Of a DNA stretch of 64,000 nucleotides, positions 1-46,700 are shown in pieces (position 1 is the first letter of the stretch; each line of letters opens with the position of its first letter). Source of the DNA: Phoronis australis (lineage: Eukaryota; Animalia; Phoronida); assembly GCA_002633005.1 (NCBI GenBank), contig NMRA01000002.1, forward strand, positions 450,044-514,043, given 5' to 3'. The notes beneath the pieces are model-generated. The model saw only the letters and a program-made list of their open reading frames with translations. It did no database searches and was not told the DNA's origin. A program made the position numbers and the translations under genes.

Positions 1-2430
1 ATGCTGTTTTCAGTTTGTTTCCATGTTACACACGTTTTGGATATTTTTTTCAAATTCCTATGATTAATCCTATTTTTGGTTGGAACCCGTAGCATAAAAA
101 GGATCATTTTAAAATCGAGTCCTAACAACATTTTGGATATCAAAGTTTTATTTGAATCCAATTGATCGTCTCTGAGATACGATGTTCTGAAGTTGGCCAA
201 TTTTGGACATTTCTTTAGGGTCGTGACGTTATGAGTGTTTCTTTCAATATGTGGGTTACAGACACAAGTGTATGTTATCTGAGTGAGGAAGTTTCTTGAA
301 ATTGTGACCGCAATGAAATTGTTGGTTTCTTGTCCCACAGGTCTTTGCTGTTTTCAGAGTCTGCTGTTTTTGACACTCTGGAGTACTTTCGTAGCAGTTG
401 CTTGTATTTATTATACTGCATGTAAAATTGTTATGGATATTAAACTTTTATCTTTCATCTTGTTTTTCTGTCGAAGTAACGACATCTAAATTCTCTTTAT
501 GTAAGACCTTACTGACAAGTTAGCATATTCAGCAAAATATCTTAACTTCATAAAGCATATATTTTCCGAAAGTAAAAAAACCCTGTAGAATTAGATTTTT
601 TCTTTTTACCAATGTGTCCTTTTTTCTTAAATTTAGCTAATAAAGGTACATTGATCGCGAAACAATGGTATCAGTAACATAGTCAGATTTTATTTTACAT
701 AAATGTCCAAGATGAGCTCTACAAAATGCTAGTAGTTATCTTAAATATCATTTCATTTTCTATTATTTGATGACCCTCGTGCAAAAGTGGGTCATTCAAA
801 AACTATTCTATCATCATTTTAGAGAACAGTGTATAACTCAGTATGTGGTCTTCATATGAATCCGACCGGCCATTTCTGAAATCTGATGTAGCGAAGTTAG
901 CCAAATTTGGACGTTTCTCTAGGATCCTACATCAGGTTAAGATGAAACAGAGCCAGAGTGCACAGGTGAAATGTGACGCGTATACCAGTGGCATTTTTAT
1001 ATTGCACGTGTTGGAAGAAATATTCCACTATGAAAACCTGCCGATTTAAGGAAAACCCTCGGATGTGCTATCAGAACTGAGCCGTCCATTACAATCAGAA
1101 TTGCCATTCAATGTTTTCCACTATTGCTCTTTGTCAAAAATGAAGTTATAATTACTCTCTGTAGGTAATATTCTGGCACATTTGTTTAGTAGTTGCAGGG
1201 CTCCAAGAGCTTAATTATTCTACGTACCATATCCTCACGGGTACAGGCCTGGGGCTTATAAAGTGTGATTTACTAAAAATGGGATCATCTTGTACAATAA
1301 AATCTCCCCAATTTCTTTAAAAAATGATTGGCAAAAATATTTTTTTCATTTTTCAAAGGTCACCCACACTTGTGAATATTCACAATTTCTCAAGAAAACA
1401 TTGACTGATGATAGTTGTGGTACCGAAACATTTATTTGGTTTTACTGGTCTTTTATGAAAAAAATTCCATATTGCCCGCAAAATTAACAAGATTTTACTT
1501 TACCTTAGCAGACCGTGGGTTGGAATTTGCCCAGAAGCCCTTGATGTAAAACTTTACATGGACAATTAATGAAATCTCTGCAATTGCTGTTAAAACCACC
1601 TGACTACTGAAAGGTAGACCAGTTATCATGAACGACAGTCCATCAGCAAATCAGTCCTTCCACATTGAACTATTTGTCATACATGTAGGTTATATAGCTA
1701 ATCAAGAGGTCCTGCATTCTGAGAACCAGTTTGATGATAGATATTCAGTTGAGAAACTGGTTCTCGTATTGCAGTACTCCCTGTAGTGACGATTTCCAGT
1801 TATACATTATGGAGTAGTGACACTGCACCTTGTATTTCAGCTTACAGAGGAAAAATGAGGAAAACTTGGGTTGGGTCAACACATGCAGAAATAACTAAAT
1901 CGGTTATAGATTCGCACCACACTGAATAGTGCCCGCCACATACTGTGCTGCCATCTACCATCAATTATTTGTTTTGACACTGGTTCAAAAAAGCTAGAAG
2001 TTCCTTCTCGGTAACTTGTGAAAATTTTGGGTAATTTTCAAATGATGATGTGTTACTTATTCTTACTTCTCTCTGGCACAATTTCCAGGAAACTACTAAA
2101 CCTTTCTTGGAAACTACTGGTTTTGTCAAAGCTCAAGCTCCACAAAAATTCCAGCACGGACATGATCTAAAATCCGTCTTTGGCAGAATATTCATCACTA
2201 TACAAGCACATCACATAAAAAGTCTCACTTGAAACCATGACAAGACTCCGGGCCTCAAAATATCTACAACTTGGTCAATCACAATGCAAAATTAATTTGG
2301 CACATTTCACTTAATATCTTTTGAGAACAAACGTCGCTCAATATACAAGGGCAATCAAGTGGTCTCAAATGTTGTAGGACACTGATGAGAAAAAAATCAA
2401 ACACGCTTTTATGAATTGGATATTTTTATA

Positions 2431-2436
2431 TTTATT
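2431..2436 (-). terminator. Candidate RAC1 polyadenylation signal (AATAAA), implying a ~2.6-kb 3'UTR
   Basis: tttatt on the plus strand, followed on the minus strand by a U/GU-rich stretch. Confidence 0.4.
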
Positions 2437-4209
2437 AATAAGAGCAAAGTCTATTGTACAAAACACAAAATGAGCAAGTCATGAAAACTAAGAATAGAAT
2501 ACTCCATTTCACCCACAGCAGCAATACTAACAACCCTTAGCTCAGATTAATGCAACTTCCTGAAATTTAAATTAAGTTACGGTTTTTAGTACTTAATTTC
2601 GAGTAATATTTATTTTATATGCAACTCGTGATTAATTTCAAACTCTGCTTCATAATGCCGTGCATCTAGTTGTAGGAAATCAAAAATCTCAAATAAGTTA
2701 AAAGCAAAACACCAATATTGACCGTTATAATTCTTGTTCCGTGACAACTGTTCAATAGCACAAGTGTACCCATTTCCGACACCTTTTTCACGTTATTTAG
2801 TACTTCAGTACCAATTGTGTAGCATTTCTGGAAAAGTTAACCCAATGTAATAAAATATTTTCCCAGGCTTTTGAATGGTGCAACTAAGAAAAAATCTGAC
2901 TGGAGACTAAATTTTACAGACAAATCACTCAGTTCATGAAGTGTGTACCCACGATCTAAACCAAACAATTCCGTTTCTGAAAGCTCGTTTCAAAAAGTCA
3001 TGATTTCCCGACAAGAAGTAATTTACCAAAATTAAAATTAGGAATTTTCAATATTCTTTAATGTTCATTTCTCCATCAAATTTGCTAATTTTCTTAAAAA
3101 AGAAAACTTCCCACTCCTCTACTGCCAGTGTGATGTTACCCGCGTTCAAAACAAGCAAGATTTAGCCCACGTGCACTTCAGCAAAAAAAAAGAAACGAGC
3201 GCAGAGCAACCTGTGTCCGTCGTGCAACAGGCAAGACCATCAAATACTTAGTTGTTCAACAAAAATTGTAAGGGAGTCAATCATGGGTATACTGTCTATC
3301 ATGGCTAAACTGATGCTACAGATAGAAAGGCAGGCAGCTGTATCCTACAAAAATAAACAAGCTGTGACGTGCAAGTCCCGCAACCTTACTAAGATGAGCG
3401 AAGTCTAAAAGAGCAATTTTGCGTTTACACATTACCTCAAAGCAGACCGACGAATCAAAACTTGACTGTCATTGTCAGATGTTTCACGTCACACGATGGT
3501 TTTAAGTTTCAACACAGACCAGACATATTAACCCGGACCAGCAGTGTTTTGTTCACGCATTCCTAAATCCGAAACCTATAACTTTTTTCTCACTTAGCTA
3601 TGCACTAAGAGAAAAAAATTCGAAAATCTTCAAACACACTCCACCAAGATGGTGAAAAATTGCAGAGCAAGCCAAAATCTGTTAAGTAAATATGCCTAAG
3701 CTAAACCAGGTGTCATACACAATACATCCTCGACAATCGAATAAAAACTGACAGAACGAAATAGAGCGGTATAACTATGCTTGCTTGACATACATGAAAA
3801 CAAGAAGAGAAAATGTTTAAGCTATAAGCCCAGTTATCAAGACAAGGCCAGTCGCTGAATCCAGAGTCACACAAACAGAAGAACTGCAAAGAAAACGGTA
3901 TGAACTTTTCTTTTTACAATAATTTCCTAAGTTACAAATATACATATATATAAAATATTTCTGACAATTACTCTTAGCATTCAAACCTCTATAACCCAAA
4001 GTATTTCTTTCGCACTTTACCCCAGCCAGTGTTCAGCCTTCACAATTCGGCCATAGCCGAACGTTTCCCCCAGCTTATTGCATAAATCATGAATTAATTA
4101 TGGATCACTGACAGAGGACTAGCGTTTTCTGAATTCAAAGAAAACGGATTCATTCCATCGCCTTTAACTAATGCCTCCCAGTATCAAGTGCATACAACAG
4201 AAAAAATCA

Positions 4210-5064
4210 CTTACAGAGGTTCCTTAGTTTGAGAACCAGTTTTCTTCATTGAATAACAGGCATCAAATTGGTTCTCAAAATCTGGGACTCCAATAAGAAA
4301 CTATTACCAAGAATCCAACATGGTGGTAGTTGTAAATTTTTTAACAGCGTCACCCAAGATTAGTTCATCCCTCAATTATTTGAGATAACCTATGACATCA
4401 CACCTTTAATTAACCTATGACATCACACCTTTAATTAACATGACCTAATAAAGGTCATACACAGTAATCCAAAAGAAGTCCCACTGAAATATTAACTCAT
4501 GAATATGCAAACTAGTGCATAACGAAAAGAATTGGGGAAGAGTCCATTGATAATGATGCTTGTTCGCATGCACGCGAGATTGTAGATGACCTAAAGGAGG
4601 CGANTTTTCTAAAGACCACCACCCATGAATTTTTATTTCTACTGCCGTCCCCCCCCTCCCACACGGATTTTACTGGAACAGCCCTTACAGAGGTTCCTTA
4701 GTTTGAGAACCAGTTTTCTTCATTGAATAACAGGCATCAAACTGGTTCTCAAAATCTGGGACTCCAATAAGAAACTATTGCCAAGAATCCAACATGGTGG
4801 TAGTTGTAAATTTTTTAACAGCGTCACCCAAGATTAGTTCATCCCTCAATTATTTCAGATAACCTATGACATCACACCTTTAATTAACCTATGACATCAC
4901 ACCTTTAATTAACATGACCTAATAAAGGTCATACACAGTAATCCAAAAGAAGTCCCACTGAAATATTAACTCATGAATATGCAAACTAGTGCATAACGAA
5001 AAGAATTGGGGAAGAGTCCATTGATAATGATGCTTGTTCGCATGCATGCGAGATTGTAGATGAC

Positions 5065-5077
<13 letters not shown>
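4210..5077. repeat. 394-bp near-identical duplication (4210-4603 / 4684-5077), probably an uncollapsed haplotype
   Basis: Offset of 474 bp, a handful of substitutions, and a single n at 4604. Confidence 0.85.
4605..4684. mobile_element. End of a PIF/Harbinger-type MITE in one allele of the RAC1 3'UTR
   Basis: The terminal 21 bp (4664-4684) are the reverse complement of 48140-48160 and are followed by TTA. The other copy of this region has an empty TTA site at 4211-4213. Confidence 0.6.
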
Positions 5078-37818
<32,741 letters not shown>

Positions 37819-38734
37819 TTAGCCACTTACTGGCTGTCGCTTTGGTGCTACTGTTGAGAGTACAGCTCATCCGTGCTCTGCCTCGGGGCTGGCTTTGATG
37901 CACGTCACTGTCATATCATGTAACACAGAGACGCAAGTTCACTGTGTACACTTATAGGGTAAATTTCCACCTTGTGCCTTAATTTTTCTTATTCCACTCT
38001 GGTCATCTCATTATTTTCATATTTGTTGTCATGGTAACATTAACCATTTTCATTCTTATCTTTTCATTTAGTGGCGTCGGCATGTTATTGTTGTCTGCCT
38101 CGTGTTCTTGGCTTCATATTGTCATAGTTAGCTTTGTCAATACATCGACTTTTAGTTATCTGCTTTTAGGCCGAGAACAGTTGAAGATGTAGTTACCCCT
38201 AGGGTGGTAGCATTGAGAAGAAAGATGTACCTTAGAATGAACCTGTAAAAGATCTCTAGTCAGACTTGCCCTAACTTTATTAAATGTGGCAAGAAAACGG
38301 ATAACTGAAAATGAGTCTTCATTATTTAAGGACTGATGTCTGACTTTGCTATTGGTTGTGATGGTGTAAACAGCTGTGTGTTGCCTGTGGCATCACTGCA
38401 TTATCAGCACGATGGCTGCTGTGACTTATGGTTATCAGGCTCAATGACGTCATGTTATCGTCATTGTTGGCATGTCAGTTTTGTGCGCTTTCCTATTTTT
38501 TAGTGAATGTTACTTAGGATATAGGCGGTTTACTTTTTTCTTTCCATCCAACATTTTTGATAAAGATATGGCCAATGTCCGATGTCTGGACAACTTGTTG
38601 GTGACCATTCATCACGATTCGTGATGGTCCGCTGTCTTTCAGACATTTCTCAGCAAATGTCAGGATTGTAAAGCCTAGCAAAATTTCCCAGACACTGTTC
38701 ACATTTTTAAAGAATATTTGTACAAGAATATTTT

Positions 38735-38740
38735 TAATAA
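38735..38740 (+). terminator. Candidate WDR13 polyadenylation signal
   Basis: AATAAA followed by a GT/T-rich downstream element, about 0.9 kb after the stop codon. Confidence 0.55.
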
Positions 38741-39847
38741 ATTTTGTATGTTATGTTTTTTTGTTATTTATGCCCTGAAAGTCGGGGTGCACTAATTCAC
38801 AACTTAAGGAATGGGAGTGACTCCGCCATCCGCCAGTGCCACCATGTATCCTACTCCACTGTCATGGAAATGAGACATCAGCCTATGAAACTGACCAGAA
38901 GTGTGCCCGAGTGATAATTTAATTTTTTTTCGCACGATAGGTTATTAAAGCGAGGTATGGGAGTTAAAGCAATTCACTTGTCGCAAGCTCACGCCTCTCT
39001 TGGATTACATTTATTTCTACTTGCAGAAAGAATTTTTCTCATGTACATTTGGAGCAATTTCACTCATAGCCAGGTGGGGTTTGACTACAAAGTGCATTCT
39101 GATGTTTGAACATTTGCAAATATTTCAAAAAGTTCAGTCTGTCGCATCTGATTTAGTAATGAGACGTTGTTTGCGAGAAAAATGATTATCCGAGATCAGC
39201 CTCAGTGCACAAAATTGAGCCTACAGGAGCTAAGCCTTGGCCCTCACTAAATGGAACATAGTATTCCAATCGTGTTTAACTAGTAAAGCCACAGGCCTTG
39301 ATTTCAGGGAATGTCTGAAGAAAAGTGAGAATTTACAATTTATAGTAAGAAAAACAACAGATGTTATAAATCTGATCAAAATCTATTTACTTCAAAAAAT
39401 CCATTCAACAATAATCCCGTAGTTTGGCCATATAACCAAAATGTTTAAAATTGACAGAAACACTCTTGCTGACAGTGCCACCTAATGTCATTACTTACAA
39501 TTATGAAGGATATTGCATAAATGACGCATTTTTCAGAGAAAATTGTTTACTGAAGTGTTTGCCATATAGGAGCGTGTGCCTAATCACTTATGGCGCAGGC
39601 AACAGCTGCATTGGATTGACTTTAATTGCTGGTTCTGCCAAGTCAACCGACTAAGACATCGATTGGTCTGTAAGTTGGAAGTCGTCATCGAGAACCAATC
39701 AGATGTCATAGCCAGTTGAATCAGTGAAGCCAATAGACGGCAATCTTTGTCTCCTGTGAATTGCTTAGAGAAAATTCTGAAAGCGAGACAAAAGTTGGTC
39801 TACCAATCCAGGTTGCTTACACACAATAAACTGTGGAGGAATATTGT

Positions 39848-39853
39848 TTTATT
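39848..39853 (-). terminator. Candidate ZNF598 polyadenylation signal
   Basis: tttatt on the plus strand, about 0.88 kb after the ZNF598 stop codon. Confidence 0.4.
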
Positions 39854-40730
39854 AATTAAAATGTGCACTTGAAAACGAACCTTTCAGATTGTGATGTAAG
39901 AGGCAGGCTGCATAAAATCTCAGTTCACAAATAGTTCCAGCAAAGAGTTAGCTTAATAGAAATAAATACACACAGGTCTAAAAGCTGAAAGAGGGCATTC
40001 CAACAGGCCAGACATAGCAAAACTGTCCCTTCTAAAAATACTGATTTAATTGCGGCAAGTGCAGTTTGTCTGCAAAGTCAACAAGCCAACTGACTGGCCT
40101 CCAAGGCTGGTAATACAGAAATTGTGCTCAGACAAACAGCATTGACACCGAGACAAAGATGCATAATTACCAATGATAAGCGACTACCCTTAACTGAATA
40201 TCCTGTACAGCTGTGACTGAGCTTCTGTAACACTATGAGAAAAAAAGACTTGACCAAAATGAAACAGGTCCTTAGCATGCGTACTTTCACTGCACACTGC
40301 ACACAATTCCATTACCACACAAATTCCCCTAACCAAACAGATCCATATTACAATACGATTATTGTTCTAGACACATCCACATAAACAATGAAGCATGGGT
40401 GGTTAGGTAAAAAAAGCATACTTGGTTCTGGTCAACAACCCCTATTCATTTTGAGATCTGAACTCTTGGATAAAAATAAAAATAAAAAAAAAATGCCAGC
40501 TCACATCAGTTCCAGCCAAGGTCCTTTTTTTGAAAATGTGCACATGTAAGCAAGAGTACGCAAGGTTTGAAATGCCACTATTTGCCAAGCCATGAGTAAA
40601 ATTTTGCTCGTCTCTAAAAAATACCGACCCAACTCGATCTTCAAAAAAACAGACTAGAACCACCTGTGTTTTTTTTGGCATTTCATTCTGAAAGATAGCG
40701 TAGCTGGGTTAAACTGACTTTCTCCCTGAA

Positions 40731-43700
40731 TTAAGTAGATTGAACTCCCTGCTTCAGACTGTGTGACATGTTGTCACCAGCTCCGAGACTAGGAAAATCG
40801 TCCAGGCGATGGACGGCCACATGTGACTCTAAATCGGGCTTGGCGACCACCTGCTGACATGTAGGACATGACTTGACACCGAGCTCCAACCCAGAGGAGT
40901 TCGCCTGCCAATGAGCAGACAGCAACTGTTGTTGTTTTTTAATGTCTGGCAGTAGCACAAGCAGTTCGGGGAAAATCGTTGCGAACGCGATGTCACCAAG
41001 CAGGTCACGACATGTCTGGTAGTATTTGTCCGCAGTTATGGTGTTCTGGCGGTACTGTCCCGAGCATGCTTTGAACTTGCCGAACTTGACATCATCATGT
41101 TGGACGCAGTCTCCAAGCAGGCCAATTAAATCAGCGTTCCGTCGTTCAAAGTTGTTCGGATGGTGATAAACGTGACCAACGACACCAGAATTCAGGCCCG
41201 GAGGAGCAGATACAGTTTTGGAGTTTACATTGCTATTGTGATTCAACTGGGATGACGCATCGATAAAGCCCTCAAAGTTGGGTGGGATCACACCCAATCC
41301 TGGAGGTGGCGAGAAGAGGTTCGACGTAGGCAATCCCGGGGGTTTACTTGACACGGGCGGTGCCATCCCTGGTGGCGCTTTAGACAGACTTTTGCTTATC
41401 GTAGACAAAGAAGGGAAATCCTTAACAAAAGTCTGGAAGCCAGCTAAACTGGAAATATCAATTTTGAGGTCTGTTTGAGGTGACTGTTCATCTGAAGAGT
41501 AACTAAGACCAAACGAAACAGACTTTTTCTCAGGTTTGGCAAGAATTGGAAAATCGCCATCATCCATAACAAACTGAGGCCCAGTTATATCCCCACTGTT
41601 TCCCAACAGCACATTGTCTGAGAACGGGTACGTAAAATTTTCTTTGTCCGATTGCCCTGCGTCCTCAGAATTACTGGCCTTAGCTGAACCCTCTCGTTCT
41701 GCGATGCCATTGGCCATTTCAACTTTAACATCACGCTCCTCCGTGATCTCATCGTCATTTACAGGCTCTGACTGTTTATCATTATCCTGCACAAAAACCG
41801 TGTCATCATTGCTTGCATTTTTATCGGATTTAATTTTCTTCTTCCTTTTTTTCTTTTCCTGAACTTCAGCTGTTCTAGCACCACCGCAGCTCTTGTTTGA
41901 CTCAACAGTCTTTCTGACTTTATCAGAATCCTTGAAGATAGCACCGGGGATTGGGACCTGATCTTTGACCTCTGACCTTTCTGTGTTAGGCACCTTCTTT
42001 GGTTTATTTTGTTTCTTGGTTACTGCTTTCCACTCTGGCACTTCGTCAACCACACTCTTAACTCCAAGAGAGGGGAAATCCTTATCTCCCTTTAAATTGA
42101 GAGATGGTTTTTCATAAGAGGGGCTAATACCTCTGGCAAGTTCACCTAGTGTTTGTTTCTTACCGCCGACCACTGACGCCAGACTGAAGCCAGTCGGCAC
42201 GACCGCACTGCCAACTCCAGAACTGTTGCCTAAGGTAGGGAAATCCTCCTCACTCGAGAATGTGGATTTCAACCCTTGTTTTTTGCTGCTCTTTTTGGGC
42301 TGGTCAGGTGCTACAATTTGAATCTTGTTCTGACTTCTACTTGTTACTCCCAAGCTGGGGAAATCCTCCTCAGCATTCACCGCTTTAGCTACTGCAGATT
42401 TCACATTTGATTTCCCACCTTGGCTAGGTGGTCCTTGGTTGGCAGCCTGAGGTATTGTGTTTTGTTTTCTACTACTCTTAAGAGTTGGAAAGTCACCGAG
42501 AGCAGCACAAGCACTATCGCTAACATCACCACCATTCCCTCTTCCAGCACTTCGCGTTGGCCGGACATTTTGATTCGCCATTGCAGGTGACAAATTCGAC
42601 CATGCTTGCTGCTTGGGTGGCAGGTAAGACTGCTTTGTGGAAGAGGCACCTCCCCCCAGGGCAGGGAAGTCCTCAGGGGTCATGCTGCCCTCCTGCACAG
42701 AGATCTTATTGTTGCGTGCAAACGTTTTCGCCATAGATTCGGCGCTTTGTCCTGACGGGGCAAGAGCCAGGGACTCCTGTTGTAGACTGGGAAAATCATC
42801 CGCTTTCTCCTTGTACTCTCTCTTAGCGTCAAATTCCACACACGACGCAGCCAACGCTTCGGACAGTGCTTTCTCCTCCCTGTAAAAAATAGTCACCATG
42901 AACACAGCACTTAACTGAATATCTAAGACAACAAACTTACAGACTCAACTGTTTTCGAAGGTAATGATTCTTAGAAAATGCAATAACGAATTACAACTTC
43001 TTCAAACTAAATCCTTTCTTAAAAGTTATAACAACGGCAAACGTCTTCAATTTCCCTACACCACCACAGTTATTGACTTATACTTAGCATTAACAGTTAC
43101 ATTGTTCACAATAATGCAGTGTTTGCTATTACAAGGCATGTGATTGGGTTTGAATGCACAATATAGAACAGCCTGCCAACCGCCATACCAACCTTTCCTC
43201 CTGTCCAATGTCCCTCTTGTGACCCCTCCCCCTTCCTCGGCCACGCTTACTCGAGTCATTATCCTCATAATCTAGGCCAGTAATCACACCTGAGAATAAT
43301 GCAATGAAAGAGAAAGCATTAACGATAATAAACCAGATTGTGTGAAATTCAACAAGAAAGACAATAGCATTTACTTAAGGCAAAATGCATGCACATCCCG
43401 GGATCACGTGACCATTACGTTGGGACACATTTTTATTTCAATTGACTTTTTCTGTTTGACATTTACTGGATATCAACCACTCTTGAAATGTAGGTGTGCA
43501 TTCTCCGGTATTCACTGCTTGGCTGCGTTCTGCTTCGACTGGACAATTTCCCACAATCCACTACTCTGTAGCAATATGACTATTAGTGTAGATACGAACG
43601 AGTTCATGTAAATGCTTCGTTTTTTATTTGAAAGCAGCCATAAACCTGTGTTGATTTAAATCACCTACCACGATAAAATGGTACTCAACTTGTACCTTAC

Positions 43701-46700
43701 TCATGTGAGATGATATTTGAGTATCAAGTCAATTTTCCATCATTATTTATAGTACTTTCTGGGAGGAGCTCGTAGGAGGTATTTCTGTGCTAAACAGTTT
43801 CAAACTTGTGTTATCTTAGATTTCTTGCCTTCAAAGGCATGCACTTTCACTTTAACTACCATGAACAAGTAGCATCTATAACCAGACATAGAGCAGTTTA
43901 GCAGTTTCTCATTTTGCACCGAATGTTGTTCCTCGAGTGACAGCATTATCACTCGAAAGTCGAGAACTGAAATAACTGAACTGCCACACTCACGCACCTG
44001 GATTTTGAGGCCGGATATCGGATTCATTTCCTTGTGAGAAACATTTAACAATCAAGCAAAATTTCCATCATCAGGCCCATAAATTCTAAAGTGAAAAAAT
44101 TCACCTCCACATTAGAATCATACAGGCGACCCATTGAACCAACACCAAACAATAGTTTGACTTTTGAGTATTTGTGTTACACTTGTTGATAGAGTTGGTG
44201 GCGACCAGAAGAGGGGTAATTTTACCCTCACCCAAAAAATTCCTCTCTTAGAAGGTACAGACTCAGGTGAATGATGGCCCTAACACAATAAGTTTAATGT
44301 CTGGTCTAGTTGGCTGTCATCAGCGCAACTCATCCAGAAAGATTTGAATTAGTTTCAGTAAGTTCTGGTTGTTGTTTTGACTATGGAGTTGCAGGTGCGG
44401 TATTTTCCAGTTGTTCAAATTCTTCAAAAAAGAAAATCAACCAGACTATGAAGGATTTGTATTTTTTACTCATTGCTTGAGCTAGACAAATTGTGGCATT
44501 TCAAACCTTGCTTACCCTCACTAACATGCCTTTATGCAGCTTTTCAAAAAACAACAGACCTTGGCTGAAATTGATGTGACAGCAGGTGTTAAAATGATTT
44601 GGGGTACAGATCAGAACTATGCTTTATTCCGACCCGATACAACTTTCCAAATATTCCTTTCTGAGTGTCTGTTTTTGGGAGTGCTCTTTCCTCAAGATCA
44701 TTCCATCATGCAATCGTTCTACATTCCATTTTCGCCAGTGTTTACTAATTTGCTAGCTGAGAAAAACCCAAGTCATGCGTGCACGTGAATTTACCTCGGT
44801 CACGGGACCAGGGAGCCAAGTTGAACTCAATTTCCAGTGTCCTCTGTTGACGAGATTGGGCTTTCTTCATGCCTTTGCCATGGTTCTGCGACACGTGAGC
44901 TTGGAAATCGATCTTATCCCGAAAAGCATTGGTAAACTGTACATCATGACAATCACCTTCTTCGCACAGAAAGTGCTCCTCTCTGAAGTGGTCGCGCAGC
45001 ACATTGTAGTTACTGAAAGCAAACAACAATAAAAGAATCGTCGTGAATTGAACTCTCCTTGGTATGAAGGTAGAACACGCCTGGTATGTCATTTACTACG
45101 TAAGCCAACACTGCGTGTATTATTATGTTGGATTTAGATTTGGAGATATCAGGTACTTTTGTGACTACTCGGACAATCCAGCAATGATACACCATACATC
45201 CTCAGATATTTGTCAAACTTGCCAAAATTTCATGGTAAGCAAATCCAACATGCACCAATAAAATGTCGCTGGCATAATAAATTTGATGCCAAAATGAGGA
45301 AAAGAACTCACAAACAAGCATCACCAGTAGTGCAAAAACAGAGATTCATGGAAAGTACCCGAATAATGTGCAACTCTGGGAAAACAGTTGTGCAACGTAA
45401 AAGACACCTCTTTACTTCAGGACAAAATTATGGCAGTTCTGCACTTATTTAGCAAACAATATGGCCGACAGCAAAATCCTAAAAAAGATGAAAAATTTCC
45501 AGGTGATTTATCGTTCACAAATAAATAGGCTTGTGTGACAAATGTATATTGTTGTGTTGTAAAACTTACCTGAAATAAACATTTTTTTTTGCATGAAAGT
45601 CAAAATAATGCTAAAAAAAGAGATGAAAAAAAGAGGAAACTGGAAAACAAAGAGGAAATCGAAACAAAAAAGAAATCCTCTTAACAGAGGAAAATCTCAA
45701 GCCCAGTATTTTGTCAAATTTCTCCCCAAAAGAAGATATGTAACATTTTAGTCTATTATCAGCATGGCATGAAGTGTGTAGACATCACAAAACAACGTTT
45801 GGTTATGGTTCTATTAGTTGGAGCAAGGTAACCAGCCTTTGAAAAATGACAATTTTGGCAATTATTTCTGTGTGAAATAAAAGGAGAATCACCATAATAT
45901 CGACATGGGATGTACTATCATCTACTATTTTCTTCATTTTAGTTTCAGCCTCTCTTTTAATGACCATGATGATGGATATCAAGCATTATCATATGATGTC
46001 ATTCATTGAGTGTTTTATATCATTTCAGTGGTTGGTTGTGAGACAGACTATGAGAACAGGTTTTTGTAAGTACAGAAGATTGCCAACGTCAAGGCAAGGG
46101 TACTTGTGTCTACCAACACTTTTATCATTAAATCATAGAAACAATTTAGGCCATCCCATCTTAAACAGTAGATGAACAATGCCCAGCAACTTTTCCCTAT
46201 TTGCACAGTGAATTCTCACATGTAATAATGATGCAGCCCGTCAGCATCACAGAAATGACAGTAAAAGTGATCTTTGCGCAGGTGTTTTGCCAGTTCATCG
46301 TTGTCAAGGTAGCGCTCGTCGCAGAACTCGCACAGCGGGTGGCCTTTGTGTGATTTGTCGTCGGCATCGCCAACTCGCCGATGTCTGGCGAGGTCCTGCC
46401 GGCTGTAGGTCTTTCGCTCATTTGAAAATACCTGAAACAGGAAAAATGAACGTCATATTCCGCTGTGTCTACAAGATTCAAAATTATCTACACCAATTGT
46501 ACAGAGTATGGATTAGCAAGTCAGTAATAAAACACTTAAAAACAGCATTTCCTCAAGTTAAAAGCTGATCAAAAAACAAAACCAAAATCTGGATATTACC
46601 CCCTACAAAATCAGTCTCGGTCTCGAATTTTTCCATATTACAACAGGACTTTAGATGAGTTGCGATGAAACACATCTAGAATAATTAAGTCAAAAGACTT

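Noticed and set aside
1405-1432. Hammerhead-like CTGATGA...GAAAC
   Set aside because: Stem II has a mismatch at its base and there is no convincing stem I or III. It is at best a heavily decayed remnant.
41278-42885. Several short ORFs overlapping the large ZNF598 exon
   Set aside because: These are antisense or alternative-frame shadows of a real coding exon.
42880-42905. Start codon of the 724-aa ORF as a stand-alone gene
   Set aside because: This stretch is intronic. The ORF is the last exon of ZNF598, entered through the TTTTACAG acceptor at 42880.
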